In this document: piece after piece, positions 1 to 9,341 of the stretch | Position numbering within the stretch: position 1 is the first letter of the stretch | How the letters are laid out: each line of letters starts with the position of its first letter | Virus record (IMG/VR): IMGVR_UViG_3300045988_012481 | Span: 1 to 43,577 of that record | DNA from: a virus | DNA: 43,577 nt | Reading direction: 5' to 3' (one strand) | The notes under the pieces: model-generated | Database searches by the model: none | The model's input: only the letters and a program-made list of their open reading frames with translations | Told to the model about the DNA's origin: nothing | Program-made: the position numbers and the translations under genes

Positions 1-55
1 CAGTGCAATGTCAATGGGTGGCATCCCTGCTCCGTAAAGCAAGGATAATGCCACC
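1..55. repeat. Terminal direct repeat identical to 43523..43577 (assembly overlap of a circularly closed genome)
   Basis: The same 55-mer (cagtgcaatgtcaatgggtgg...aaggataatgccacc) is read at both window ends. A minus-strand ORF is continuous across the join. Confidence 0.95.
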
Positions 56-177
56 CATACACGGTCATTATCGCTTAAATTCGGGTCGTCCAGTGCAAGG
101 GAAATCTGAATGCCGATTCTGTAATCCGTGCGAATTAGATACCCCTTGTAAGAGCTTGGCAGGCGGTCGAGCAGCAT
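1..177 (-). CDS. Gp15-like tail protein, N-terminal part; continues into 43166..43577 through the circular junction (non-redundant 534 nt, 177 aa)
   Basis: ATG at 177-175, one nt after the stop (179-181) of the preceding ORF. My translation MLLDRLPSSYKGYLIRTDYRIGIQISLALDDPNLSDNDRVWVALSLLYGAGMPP joins track ORF 43166..43576 in frame. It occupies the slot between tail chaperone and tape measure, as in Listeria A118-type phages. Confidence 0.7.
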   Translation of the reverse strand, partial: MLLDRLPSSYKGYLIRTDYRIGIQISLALDDPNLSDNDRVWVALSLLYGAGMPPIDIAL

Positions 178-178
178 G

Positions 179-571
179 TTAAACACTGCCGGCACGCTCC
201 GCGCTGTACTTGCTCATGTTTGCTGCACGCTTCTCAACGTGGCTGTCAATGATGGGGGTAAGCTGTGCGAAGAAATCAAGGAACTGGTCGGAGGACGGAA
301 GAACCGCGCCAAACACCTTCGCGCAAGTATTTTCGCCAATCAGCGCGTCGATTTTGTCCCTAACGTCTTTGTCAAACGCCACGATATCGTCCAGAGTGTC
401 CAGAACGTCGCCTTTCTTCTCAGAAATAGCCGTTGCCTTGTCTTTGATTTCATTCAGCAGGTCGAAAAAGCCTTTGACAAAGCTATCATCAGACAGCGGA
501 AGGGAGATCGTCTCTCCCTTGTCGTTGACTTCAATAACCTTTACGCCGCTGTTTACGCGGATACTATCCAT
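179..571 (-). CDS. Tail assembly chaperone-like protein (130 aa)
   Basis: AAGGAGG RBS upstream of the ATG. Acidic 130-aa protein located between the major tail protein and the Gp15-like/tape-measure genes. Confidence 0.6.
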   Translation of the reverse strand: MDSIRVNSGVKVIEVNDKGETISLPLSDDSFVKGFFDLLNEIKDKATAISEKKGDVLDTLDDIVAFDKDVRDKIDALIGENTCAKVFGAVLPSSDQFLDFFAQLTPIIDSHVEKRAANMSKYSAERAGSV

Positions 572-585
572 TCCTCGTTACCTCC

Positions 586-1107
586 TTATACGGATACGTT
601 CGCAGTGAATACCGGTGCGCCGCCGGTGATCTTAACAGTGCCCGGAATCGGGTCGCCTACATAGTTCAGCGTATATTCCAGCGTCGGAGATTCGCCGCCT
701 GCGCCGCCGTATGTATCAACCTGTACAGATACTTCCTGTACTTCTGCGACATAAGTCGCAGTGTCGCTGTCACTGGTAGCATTCCACATGTCCACATTCA
801 GCAGCCATGCGTGAGAATCTGCCAGAGTAGCACGAGCGCGACGCTTCTTGTCGATAAACTCAAACACATCGTCGCCCTTGGTGCACTGCTGAGAAACACT
901 CATGGTCGGCTGATAGCCGGTAATCTCAGTAGTTGCAGAATCAGAGATAATATCCTGCTCGGTCTCAGTCTGTGCACCGTAGTCCGTAGATGCTTCGGTT
1001 ACGTTCTTGCCGATTCGTGCCCACTTTGCAGTGGAATACTCGCCCATCTTTTCGGTAGTATCCAGAAAGTGTGCAATCAGAGGACGTTTAATCTTTTCAG
1101 TTGCCAT
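586..1107 (-). CDS. Major tail (tube) protein (173 aa)
   Basis: GAGGTG RBS. Beta-rich 173-aa protein placed after the head-tail joining genes and before the chaperones and tape measure. Confidence 0.65.
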   Translation of the reverse strand: MATEKIKRPLIAHFLDTTEKMGEYSTAKWARIGKNVTEASTDYGAQTETEQDIISDSATTEITGYQPTMSVSQQCTKGDDVFEFIDKKRRARATLADSHAWLLNVDMWNATSDSDTATYVAEVQEVSVQVDTYGGAGGESPTLEYTLNYVGDPIPGTVKITGGAPVFTANVSV

Positions 1108-1109
1108 TT

Positions 1110-1541
1110 TTACACCTCAACTTCATAGTTAATGGTTAAGAGGATTTGGTAATCCTCGGTTAAATCTTCGTATCGAGCGATAAGCCCCGCAGGGGTCGTT
1201 CGCTCAACAGATGTGACGGTCATTCCCTCGCCGAGATCAGGCGGGTTTTCTTCCGCCCATGCTCCCAGCTCATTCAGCAAGGATTCAACGTCGAGACGTT
1301 CCTCGCTGTCGGTCGGCAGGGCGCGATACATCACGCCGAACGGGTACTGTGCAGCATATCCGCCGTCAATGTACTGTGCAGTTTTATACGCGCTCTGTAC
1401 ACTGGTAAGCATCATTCCTGACCGTTCCGGCGGGAGATATTCAAACTCAATTTCGGGAGCATAGCCTTTCAGCCATAAAAGAACAGCCCGTGAAACACCG
1501 TCTTGTTCACGAGCTGTTACCGTGTTCAATTTCTCACTCAT
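1110..1541 (-). CDS. Tail-completion / head-tail joining protein (143 aa)
   Basis: Translationally coupled (ATGAGTGA overlap with the upstream stop). Assigned by synteny in the connector block. Confidence 0.5.
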   Translation of the reverse strand: MSEKLNTVTAREQDGVSRAVLLWLKGYAPEIEFEYLPPERSGMMLTSVQSAYKTAQYIDGGYAAQYPFGVMYRALPTDSEERLDVESLLNELGAWAEENPPDLGEGMTVTSVERTTPAGLIARYEDLTEDYQILLTINYEVEV

Positions 1542-1932
1542 CGGTCAAAATCTTGCGCACTCCTTCCATCCAGCGCGTTTCATTCAACGCCTTGCTTGCC
1601 TCGAACCAGTGAGAACGCGCATTCTTGTGCATTCCCTTGCTGTATTTGAGGTTTCGATCTGTCAATGCCTTGCGTGTGCCCTTGGGTGCAAACGTACTGC
1701 CGGTTGCCGGGTCAATCATCACCTTGCCGTAATACTGAAATCGTGCATAGGGAGAGGCATACACGATGGTATGTCCGTGCCGCTGCACGTTCATAGCCAA
1801 TACGCCGGTGCGGGCAGGCACAAACTGATCTGTATCTTTTATGATCTCCTCTACCAGCCATGCATTCGCCTTTTCAACGCGCTTGCTTAGTACGTTATCC
1901 GGCAGTTTGATGTTTAGAGAGTATCGGATCAT
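1534..1932 (-). CDS. Head-tail joining protein, HK97 gp10-like / minor capsid family (132 aa)
   Basis: GGAGGTG RBS. Sequence ...DTDQFVPARTGVL...YARFQYYG... resembles the tail-attachment family. Assigned also by synteny. Confidence 0.55.
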   Translation of the reverse strand: MIRYSLNIKLPDNVLSKRVEKANAWLVEEIIKDTDQFVPARTGVLAMNVQRHGHTIVYASPYARFQYYGKVMIDPATGSTFAPKGTRKALTDRNLKYSKGMHKNARSHWFEASKALNETRWMEGVRKILTDE

Positions 1933-2240
1933 CGACCGCCCACCTCCAAATGCTGTAGTCCGCCGTAGTCATACAACGAAACGCTTGTAACGCGGTATGT
2001 TTCATGCTTTTCGCGGCATTTCTGGTAACTCCCTTCGTCTGGGACTTCACCACGCGCGAAATAATCCTTTTCCGGCGAAACTATTAAATCGAACGGAATA
2101 GGAATATGCAGAGTGACCGAATCAGCGCTGTTCTGCGCGTTCTTCGTTACTGCCGTGCCTCTCGTGCTTTCCAGTAGCACACCGGTTAAAACGGTTCTGC
2201 CGGACGGCTGAAACAGCGTCACAGTGTGAGGTAATCGCAT
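1929..2240 (-). CDS. Head-closure / adaptor protein (103 aa from ATG 2240)
   Basis: GGGAGGTG lies 6 nt upstream of the ATG at 2240; the track ORF begins at a TTG at 2249. Assigned by synteny between connector genes. Confidence 0.5.
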   Translation of the reverse strand: MRLPHTVTLFQPSGRTVLTGVLLESTRGTAVTKNAQNSADSVTLHIPIPFDLIVSPEKDYFARGEVPDEGSYQKCREKHETYRVTSVSLYDYGGLQHLEVGGR

Positions 2241-2605
2241 TTGCAACACCTCCCACCACGGTAAAGTATACCGGTGTTCGCCAGATACATTTCTGCTGCA
2301 CTGCGTAATTGCGTCTTTGCATCCTGTGCCATCTCTGCGCTACTGCGATAGCTGACCGACCACGAGCCGACGCTTTCGCTTTGCTTTTCCTGCTCGGCAG
2401 AAGCCGCGCGGTTTTGGGACGTATCAATGATCTGATACTGTTCCGCCACCGCGCAGCACGCCATTTTCGCTGCGTCGGAATCATCAATCTTTCCGCGCGT
2501 CAGATAGGTAAGATACGCTTCGGCGCGACTTTCCAGACGTGGAAAATCGTCCTCGGTGATTTGATTGCCGTGATAAGTCGCTTTATAAAATGCGTATTCT
2601 ACCAT
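2219..2605 (-). CDS. Head-tail connector protein, gp6-like (128 aa)
   Basis: AAGGAG RBS. The gene immediately follows the capsid gene. The N-terminus MVEYAFYKATYHGNQITEDDFPRLESRAEAYL is typical of gp6-like connectors. Confidence 0.6.
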   Translation of the reverse strand: MVEYAFYKATYHGNQITEDDFPRLESRAEAYLTYLTRGKIDDSDAAKMACCAVAEQYQIIDTSQNRAASAEQEKQSESVGSWSVSYRSSAEMAQDAKTQLRSAAEMYLANTGILYRGGRCCKCDYLTL

Positions 2606-2616
2606 GTTTTACTCCT

Positions 2617-3849
2617 TTAGGCGAGAGTTACAGAAGAAGTGCCATTCTTGCTTACGTCCTGCTGAGAAGTTGCGGTAACGGTCAGAGAGGACGCGCTCTC
2701 GTTCTTGTCAACGGTCAGCAGACCATCAGCCGTAATCTTGGTGCCGCCCTTTGCGCCGCCGGAAACCGCCCACGTTACATTGTCAGAAACAATGCCGTCA
2801 CCGGTTACAGACGCGGTAAACAGCTTAGAACCGCCCTTTGCCACGCTTGCGGTAGACGGCTTGACGGCTACGGTAGAAACACTGCCGCCGTTGCCGTAAA
2901 CGGAGAACGGGAACGGATTCTCGATGTCCTCGTTGTAAGCAGTCAGCGGGTTTGCAATCTCCCAGCCCAGACGCATAACAGCACGCAGTGCAACCATGTC
3001 GTTCTGCATGAGGTTGTACTGGATTGCCTTGGTGTCGGGGTCCTGAATAACGCCCTCGGTGAAAATCTTGAACGTGATATCCTGACGGATAGCATAAACG
3101 AGCTGCGACCAGTCGCCTACAACCATCTTTGCAATAGTCGGATCAAATGCGCCGTTGTTCGGGAAATACATATCCATTCCGTCCAGAGCATAGCGAGACG
3201 CGCCCTGCATGTCAGTCTTAAAAATCGGCTGACCGGTGGTGTCCACCAGGCCGCGCAGCTTGCCGCGCATCTGTACAGCGGATACAACGCCGTTCGGGCT
3301 ATAACCGTCAAGCTCAACCTTTGCAATCAGACCGTTTTCGCCCATGATATCGCCGAATACGTTTGCGGAAGCCGCTACGCCGTTACCTGCTGCGATTGCA
3401 GACGGAACAACGCCATCACGCCACGTTGCGGGCTTGTCAGCACCGAACAGGATTGCAGCGTCAATCTTCTTGCCGAACGCCTCAACCAGGCGCGGGCGAA
3501 CCTCACCCCAGATGTCGTAATCCGCATCATCCAGAACTGCCTCCGGGATGGGGACGATTACCGCGATTTCCTCGGCGTAAATCTTCTTTTTGTCCCATGC
3601 CATCTTGGTAGTCTGCTTGTACGCTGCGGAGTCAGCCGCGCCAGTGCCGGAAACCTCGCCGTTTACCCAGTAAGCGGTCGGCAGCATATCCAGAACGTTC
3701 ATGGTCTGGGTCTTGCTGGTCATGTTCGGCAGGCGGCGAGCCATACGCAGTACTGCCGACTCTGCAACAGCGCCCTGAAGGATTTCACGAGTTACCGGCT
3801 CCGGGATGAGACCGGAAAGGGAATTGCGGTCAATTACGTTATTTGCCAT
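2617..3849 (-). CDS. Major capsid protein (HK97 fold) with C-terminal Ig-like (Big_2-type) domain
   Basis: 410 aa, AAAGGAG RBS, follows the scaffold gene. The last ~85 aa (VAVKPSTASVAKGGSKLFTASVTGDG...VTWAVSGG...TADGLLTV...LTVTATS) have the bacterial Ig-like pattern. Confidence 0.85.
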   Translation of the reverse strand: MANNVIDRNSLSGLIPEPVTREILQGAVAESAVLRMARRLPNMTSKTQTMNVLDMLPTAYWVNGEVSGTGAADSAAYKQTTKMAWDKKKIYAEEIAVIVPIPEAVLDDADYDIWGEVRPRLVEAFGKKIDAAILFGADKPATWRDGVVPSAIAAGNGVAASANVFGDIMGENGLIAKVELDGYSPNGVVSAVQMRGKLRGLVDTTGQPIFKTDMQGASRYALDGMDMYFPNNGAFDPTIAKMVVGDWSQLVYAIRQDITFKIFTEGVIQDPDTKAIQYNLMQNDMVALRAVMRLGWEIANPLTAYNEDIENPFPFSVYGNGGSVSTVAVKPSTASVAKGGSKLFTASVTGDGIVSDNVTWAVSGGAKGGTKITADGLLTVDKNESASSLTVTATSQQDVSKNGTSSVTLA

Positions 3850-3867
3850 TGTTAAAAGCTCCTTTTC

Positions 3868-4383
3868 TTACTTGATTGCCCCACGAATAAGCGCGTTCAT
3901 TGCCGCGTTGGGGGCGTTTTTCTGGTTGCCATCGCCTACAGGCGCAGTCCAATCAAACGAGGTACGTGGCCGACGTTCCTGCGCGATTGCATCCACAGCC
4001 TGTTCAAAGGTGGTCTTGTCATCTACCATCTTCGCAGCCTTGAATGCGATAAATTCCGCCTCGTCACCGGTGAAACCCTTCGACGAAACGTATCTTTCGT
4101 GCTCGAGCTGTTCGATCTTCGCGTTCGCCGCCGAAAGGTTGCTTACTGCGGTGTCGCGCTCTTTGGTGATGTTGTTCATTCTGTCCTGCTCGGTCTGCTG
4201 ACTGTCTTTCCACGTGCGGAATGCGTTCAGTTCTTCCTCGCTGGGCATTTTCTTCCGTTCACGCTCAAGGCGAGACTGGATCATCTTATCTACGTCCGCC
4301 TGACTGAATGTCTTTTCCTGCTGTGCAGTAGTGTTGCCCGGCTCACCGGTGTTGGTCTGTGCCTGATTGTTAGTGTCAGCCAT
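3868..4383 (-). CDS. Scaffolding protein (171 aa from ATG 4383)
   Basis: AGGAG RBS before MADTNNQAQ. Charged, coiled-coil-like protein (EQLEHERY..., QQTEQDRMNN) lying between the MuF and capsid genes. Confidence 0.7.
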   Translation of the reverse strand: MADTNNQAQTNTGEPGNTTAQQEKTFSQADVDKMIQSRLERERKKMPSEEELNAFRTWKDSQQTEQDRMNNITKERDTAVSNLSAANAKIEQLEHERYVSSKGFTGDEAEFIAFKAAKMVDDKTTFEQAVDAIAQERRPRTSFDWTAPVGDGNQKNAPNAAMNALIRGAIK

Positions 4384-4455
4384 AAAATAATCTCCTTGTT
4401 TAACGTCCTGTCGGACAATTTGGGTATAAAAAAACACCGCTTGCGCAGCGCATTC

Positions 4456-5631
4456 TTATTCAATTACTTTCATTCGTTCTGCCTGTGTCGGAAGCTGCGC
4501 TGCACGGCTGAAATTACGGTATTCTTTGCGCAAGCGCTTTATGCGGATAGATGTTTGTTGTTCTTTGTCTACCATTCCTGCGGCATTGTAGGCGATTCTA
4601 CGGCGCTCCAGCTTTCGCACCGTCCGTTCAATCTTGCGTTGCATTTGCGTTGCTTCATACGCTGTATAAGTAACGCCCTCAAACTCAAACGGTGGTTTAT
4701 CAATGTTTTCAAGCTGTTCGTCGGTGTAAACGCGCTCGGAAACGCCCTCAACAAAGGGGTGCTTGTGGTGTCGGCAGTTCGCACCTTCCAAGCCGTCAAC
4801 TTCACCCAGGCCACAAACCGCGTAAATGCTGGGATACTTGCCGCCGGTCTTGGTGCTGTAAACCTTGCCTTGCCACTTCTTGTGATTTGACCAAACGTGC
4901 GGTTTGTTTACGTCGCGTGCTCCCCTATGCGCTGTAATCTCATACAGTTCAGTTTCAAGCGTTTCTGCGGCGTTCTCCGCATACTTTGCCGTAAGCTGAT
5001 TCAAGCCCGTTAGAACGGCTCTACGCGCCGCAACGTCCGCGTGGTCACGGTGTCCGCTTGCGTAGTCAATGGTGTATATGCCGCTGTCTGCGAGGTCTCG
5101 CACAGCGTCCTCAAACGCCTGCTGCAACGTAAACGCTCCAGACTGCACTTTCACTTCTGCTTTGTCTAACGCTGCTTGATATGCCTTTGCGATTGGCTGG
5201 AATGTGATTCTGCCGTTTGTCTGCGCTGCAAAGCCAAGTGAACGAGTAATGTTTCGATATCCGTCAAGCGTCTGTTCCTGTATCTGCGCAATATCTGCGG
5301 CAGACACCCAGAAAAGCGGTTCGGTTACGCTCGCCTTGGTTGCAAGCTCATCGTAATACTTCTGGTTGTACTCAACTACACGCTCAAGCGCGTTTTGTAC
5401 TTGCGGCGTTGTCTCTTTGCTGTGCTTGGAAATGATATTTTCGATAGCGTCCATATCAAGACCATAGGCGCGTAAGACGCGAATGTCATTCATTGCGACT
5501 TCGTTAAACTCTCCGGTCAGTTTGAACCGTTTACAGATTTCGCGCAGAATATCCTTTTCCAACTCGCGCATCGCAATGGCGATTGGTTCAGGAGCAGCGT
5601 CTAAATACTCCGGTGTGATGGGGAATTTCAT
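4456..5631 (-). CDS. Minor head protein, SPP1 gp7 / Mu F family
   Basis: 391 aa. ATGA overlap with the portal stop. Motif ...AHRGARD...HKKWQGKVYSTKTGGKYPSIY...GLEGANCRHHKHPF. Confidence 0.8.
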   Translation of the reverse strand: MKFPITPEYLDAAPEPIAIAMRELEKDILREICKRFKLTGEFNEVAMNDIRVLRAYGLDMDAIENIISKHSKETTPQVQNALERVVEYNQKYYDELATKASVTEPLFWVSAADIAQIQEQTLDGYRNITRSLGFAAQTNGRITFQPIAKAYQAALDKAEVKVQSGAFTLQQAFEDAVRDLADSGIYTIDYASGHRDHADVAARRAVLTGLNQLTAKYAENAAETLETELYEITAHRGARDVNKPHVWSNHKKWQGKVYSTKTGGKYPSIYAVCGLGEVDGLEGANCRHHKHPFVEGVSERVYTDEQLENIDKPPFEFEGVTYTAYEATQMQRKIERTVRKLERRRIAYNAAGMVDKEQQTSIRIKRLRKEYRNFSRAAQLPTQAERMKVIE

Positions 5632-7049
5632 TCAATTTCTTCTTCCTCCTCATCGGTCATATCCTGTGCTTTCGGCAGCATCTGTTTCGCTGTCTCGTCG
5701 TCCTCATTTAACCATTTGGCTCTGAACTCCCAATCGTTCATGATTCCGGCGTTCAGCAGCTGCATATCGCGCGAAAAGTCAGTGTCCTTGTCCTCGATAA
5801 TGCTATCGTCAAAATCAATACTGATTTCAACATCTTCATCAAGTCCGGCGTTCATCGCCTCATTGCCGAGGTGCAGGATAATCCTGCACAGTTCTGTTAA
5901 TGCCTGCTCCAAGATGATTTCATGCTTCTTGATAGTGCGGAACATTGTACTGTTCTCACTAATGACCTGCGTTGCAGTTGCTACGCTTGCGCCGTTGAAG
6001 CGATAGTAATTCTCGCCGAATCCCGTCTTGCTGGAAAGCAAATCAAGCTGATCTTGAATACCTTGATTGTGCTCCGCTGTACGCAAAGACATATCAATAG
6101 GCTGTACCACATTGCCGTCCTGCGTGTCCTCCGGCAGCACATAATACGCCAGTTCATCCGGGTCAAACACCGGTTCGCCGTCAAGATACTGCGTTGCAGC
6201 AGGCTTGACCATAATGCGCTTTTTGCCGAGCAGAAACTCGTTTACATAGCTGTCGTATGCGATATCAACGCCCTTGAGAACGTCGATAGCGTTTGCATAG
6301 ACCGGAATGCCGAGCGGAATGTAATAATCAAAGTTGTTCGCGATGTTCAAACGATCAATCACAAACTGCCGCTTGTTTGAACCGGTATGCACAACAGGTG
6401 GAATTTTTTCAAACCCCGGCACGCTTGCAAGGCTTTCTTCAAACAAACTTTCATTTGTGATTTTGAAAATGCGGTTTTCGATGTCGTAAAATCCGATTTC
6501 ATTTCGCTTGTGGATTTGCAGATAGCAGTAATCCTCGCCTTTCACGGTGGTTCTGCTGTCGAACGCGCATTCCATGATAACGCCGTTCTGCCATGCCAGA
6601 GGGAAAATGTGCTCTACAGTCACATAATCAATCTGAATGCCGTTTGCTGCGCCCACAATAGGCTGTTCGCCGTCCGACACTGCACCGACAACACGCGGAA
6701 TGTATGCGACCGTACCCAGTGCAGACTTCATTTCCTGCATCTCGTTCGCCTTTACCTCGAAGTTGTTCTCTTCAAAGATGCGGTCGATGAACGCCTGTTC
6801 TTTCTCGCCCTCCAAGGTGATTTTCACCTTTTCGTTCATGAGTAGGTTCGCCCAGTCCTCGGCTAACTTCTTGGCCATACCGAGCGTATATCGCTTGCAA
6901 TGCACGGTTCGGCCGCAGTTCCGCACCTTGTAATGGTGGAATGACTTCACATCACCCACATACCAGCTGCGCCACTCCGCAACCTTACCGTAAAACTCGG
7001 GGGCGATTGTGTTATAGCCGAGCTCTTTCAGTTTTTCAATGATCGTCAA
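5628..7049 (-). CDS. Portal protein (SPP1 gp6-like), TTG start
   Basis: 473 aa immediately after TerL (TTGA overlap), with an acidic C-terminus. Size and position are typical of portals. Confidence 0.9.
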   Translation of the reverse strand: MTIIEKLKELGYNTIAPEFYGKVAEWRSWYVGDVKSFHHYKVRNCGRTVHCKRYTLGMAKKLAEDWANLLMNEKVKITLEGEKEQAFIDRIFEENNFEVKANEMQEMKSALGTVAYIPRVVGAVSDGEQPIVGAANGIQIDYVTVEHIFPLAWQNGVIMECAFDSRTTVKGEDYCYLQIHKRNEIGFYDIENRIFKITNESLFEESLASVPGFEKIPPVVHTGSNKRQFVIDRLNIANNFDYYIPLGIPVYANAIDVLKGVDIAYDSYVNEFLLGKKRIMVKPAATQYLDGEPVFDPDELAYYVLPEDTQDGNVVQPIDMSLRTAEHNQGIQDQLDLLSSKTGFGENYYRFNGASVATATQVISENSTMFRTIKKHEIILEQALTELCRIILHLGNEAMNAGLDEDVEISIDFDDSIIEDKDTDFSRDMQLLNAGIMNDWEFRAKWLNEDDETAKQMLPKAQDMTDEEEEEIE

Positions 7050-8287
7050 GCAATCACTCCCATTCTTCTGTAAACGCGCTCAAGGGCGTATCTCGTGGCG
7101 TCAATCAGATGGTTCTTTTCATCTGGATAGCCGCTGATGATCTCGCCGTCCTTGTCGCGCTCATACTCATAGTTCACAAACTCATCATAGGCGTGCGGCG
7201 TTCGCTTGCGGTCGATGACAAGTGTCCTGCGCTGTAGCCACTTCATGCCGTACTCGACACTGCCGGGGCCCTTCACGGCCTCTTTGGCAGGCAGTCGCAT
7301 AGCGCGGTAGTCTGCAACGCTTTTTGGCTCTGCACTGTCGCAGGTGATAAACGTATCATTATAGCCGCGCTCCATGATAATACCGGCGCTTTCCTCGTTA
7401 CTCAGCTTGTTTTTGTATATCTCATCGATAAAATACACCGTCTCACGCGCCCTGTCGTAGTGAACGCGGATAAAAGCGAACGGGTCGGGGAACCATCCCC
7501 AGTCAGCGCCTTGATAGATATGATCGAACGTTGCCACCTCATCGTCTGTGATTTCTCGCAGTTCAAGGTTTTCAAAGACGTTGCCGCCCGTGCCGACCGG
7601 AATGCCGAGGTATTCATGCTGATACGCTCGCTCGTTCGTCAGTTTTAGGTGCTCCGCCTCATAAATAAACTGATCGCCTAACCACTCGCGCGGCGCTTCA
7701 AGGTACGTGCTGCGGTGGCAGAGACGGTCAGGGCGTTCTTCTAAACTGTCCTTGTTCGCCCAGTTGTCGCGGCTGATCGGAGGGTTATAACTCTCAAAGT
7801 TCCAATACTTATCACCGCCGCGCATTGTAGACTGCAAGATCGTTCGGATTTCCGCGCGTCCTGCGAACTGGTCTTTCTCCTCGAAATGCGTAACAGCAAT
7901 ATAACCAAACGGAACCTTGATTGACTTGATTTTCATCGGGTCATCAGCGCCGCGAAACATGATTTTCTGTCCGGTCGGGCGATATATCAGCTCCATCGGC
8001 GATACCTTCGCGTCCCAGTAGTCAGCCATGCCCAGCTCACCAATTGCCCATACATACTGTGCGTATACACTATCGCGGATGGTGTTTGCAACCTTGCGTA
8101 ACACAAGCGCATGCGTTCCGGGGTTGTGGATAAGCAGTAGCGGAACGACAATCGACACAAACGACGATTTCAGCGAGCCCCGGCCGCCGCTCTCATCGTA
8201 ATGTGTGTGACCATGCTCAAACACATCGTGCGCAACGGCGTAAAATGCCGGTCCGATGATCTGCGAGAGCTTCAACTCAGACATCAA
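7046..8287 (-). CDS. terL: Terminase large subunit (PBSX/Terminase_3-like)
   Basis: 413 aa. Walker A-like GGRGSLKS near the N-terminus and a C-terminal nuclease-type region (...ITCDSAEP...HLIDATRYALE). Confidence 0.95.
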   Translation of the reverse strand: MMSELKLSQIIGPAFYAVAHDVFEHGHTHYDESGGRGSLKSSFVSIVVPLLLIHNPGTHALVLRKVANTIRDSVYAQYVWAIGELGMADYWDAKVSPMELIYRPTGQKIMFRGADDPMKIKSIKVPFGYIAVTHFEEKDQFAGRAEIRTILQSTMRGGDKYWNFESYNPPISRDNWANKDSLEERPDRLCHRSTYLEAPREWLGDQFIYEAEHLKLTNERAYQHEYLGIPVGTGGNVFENLELREITDDEVATFDHIYQGADWGWFPDPFAFIRVHYDRARETVYFIDEIYKNKLSNEESAGIIMERGYNDTFITCDSAEPKSVADYRAMRLPAKEAVKGPGSVEYGMKWLQRRTLVIDRKRTPHAYDEFVNYEYERDKDGEIISGYPDEKNHLIDATRYALERVYRRMGVIA

Positions 8288-8594
8288 TAATCACCTTCAC
8301 GCCTTCGCTTTCGATCTTTTCCTCTACTGCGTCGCGCTGTCCGAGGTACTGCTTGCCCAACCAGATAAGCATCTGGATGTTACCGCCACGAGCAGCGTTA
8401 AACTGCCAGTGCCGCAGGCTCAGCTTCATTTCGGCCATGCCTTTATAATATGCTTCGGTCACATCCTTGCGATTCGCAAAGGTCGCACGCGCGAAGCCTA
8501 ATGCTCTTGCGATTTCCTCTTGCGTGTTGCCCTCGCTTGCCAGCTCGCGCACCGCTTCAAGGTCGATTTGTTTCTTTGGTCTGCCTCTTGGCAT
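8277..8594 (-). CDS. terS: Terminase small subunit (HTH type)
   Basis: 105 aa, GGGAGGG RBS. N-terminal HTH (GNTQEEIARALGFARATF). Overlaps the terL start. Confidence 0.75.
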   Translation of the reverse strand: MPRGRPKKQIDLEAVRELASEGNTQEEIARALGFARATFANRKDVTEAYYKGMAEMKLSLRHWQFNAARGGNIQMLIWLGKQYLGQRDAVEEKIESEGVKVIIDV

Positions 8595-8672
8595 TTACTT
8601 TTCCCTCCCTTTCCCAAAAGAAAACCGGCTGGGACGCTATTCCCGGTCGGCGTACTTTTGAGTGTTTTTTCA

Positions 8673-8780
8673 TCAGGCCGAGGACGACCGCGCGCGGGAA
8701 GCGCCTGCTTCCCGACGACCCGAAACAAAGTTACGGACGCGAGTTCCGATAGATCGTGCTGCTCTTCTGATTGCCTTCAT
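8673..8780 (-). CDS. Small basic ORF (35 aa, MKAIRRAARSIGTRVRNFVSGRREAGASRARSSSA)
   Basis: Strong RBS AAAGGAGGTGA 6 nt upstream of the ATG at 8780. It is the first ORF after the terminator hairpin. Not in the track because it is under 60 aa. Confidence 0.35.
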   Translation of the reverse strand: MKAIRRAARSIGTRVRNFVSGRREAGASRARSSSA

Positions 8781-8807
8781 GCAGTTCACCTCCTTTTATT
8801 TATGCAA

Positions 8808-8841
8808 CGAAAAGGACTATCTTTGCAGATAATCCTTTTCG
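8808..8841 (-). terminator. Intrinsic terminator / attenuator just upstream of the late (packaging) operon
   Basis: Minus strand reads AAAAGGATTATCT-GCAA-AGATAGTCCTTTT followed by CGTTGC: a 9-bp core stem with a GNRA loop and a U-run. Confidence 0.6.
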
Positions 8842-9335
8842 TGTTTAGTTAGTCTCCTATAGTTCTGCCTAAATATTCCTTTGACCCTTTCCCAACCCGC
8901 GCGAATTTCAGATCGCCAGTTTTAATAGGTCTTTTCACCGCCCGGCTCACGCAGCCATCCGGGCGTGTTTGCGGTGTCTGTCGCCCATAGACACCGCATT
9001 CCATTCTCATTCTAGCGTAAATGTTATTACTCCGTCACCCTCATGCAGGCTTTGGAGCATATCGGCGTGCCGCGCAAAAAGACACGCCGAAAGAATAGAA
9101 AGGATAATCAATGCCTTCGTTCCGCGAAAGGCGTTTTGCTCCTCTGCCCTCATGCAGACTTTGGAGCAGGTCAGCGGCAGGTCTCCCCACCGCTTTAAGT
9201 AGGTATTTGGGGTTAAACAGAAAGGCTTGTCACCCGTCAACCCTCACGCAGGCTTCCGGGCGTGTACCCGCCTTTCGGCGGGCTGAAAGCGGAGGAACGA
9301 AACTCCGTGATTCCGCCCTTTAGGGCTTTTATCAC
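8842..9335 (-). ncRNA. Candidate ~0.5 kb structured non-coding leader RNA with four tandem two-element modules
   Basis: No credible ORF. The region is bounded by an extended -10 promoter and a terminator. Four repeats of variable-sequence hairpin plus conserved CTGC(A/G)TGAG motif, with compensatory changes between copies (see findings). Confidence 0.45.
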
Positions 9336-9341
9336 GATATC

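Noticed and set aside
172-185. Programmed -1 frameshift joining the two tail chaperone ORFs (G/GT-type)
   Set aside because: The second ORF has its own ATG one nt after the first ORF's TAA. There is no frame overlap and no slippery heptamer.
2590-3855. 421-aa plus-strand ORF covering the whole capsid gene region
   Set aside because: It is antisense to a well-supported capsid gene. Its Arg/Val/Cys/His-rich composition is typical of antisense frames in G+C-rich DNA. It has no RBS.
8498-8728. 76-aa minus-strand ORF overlapping the terS start
   Set aside because: It overlaps terS and the better-supported 35-codon ORF in another frame and lacks an RBS.
8940-9290. Could the four repeats (or the 22628-23019 repeats) be a CRISPR or mini-CRISPR array?
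   Set aside because: The repeats are only partly conserved and have uneven 94-109 nt spacing. Their hairpins are variable rather than identical. There are no cas genes, and the 30-bp repeats flank a gene rather than spacers.
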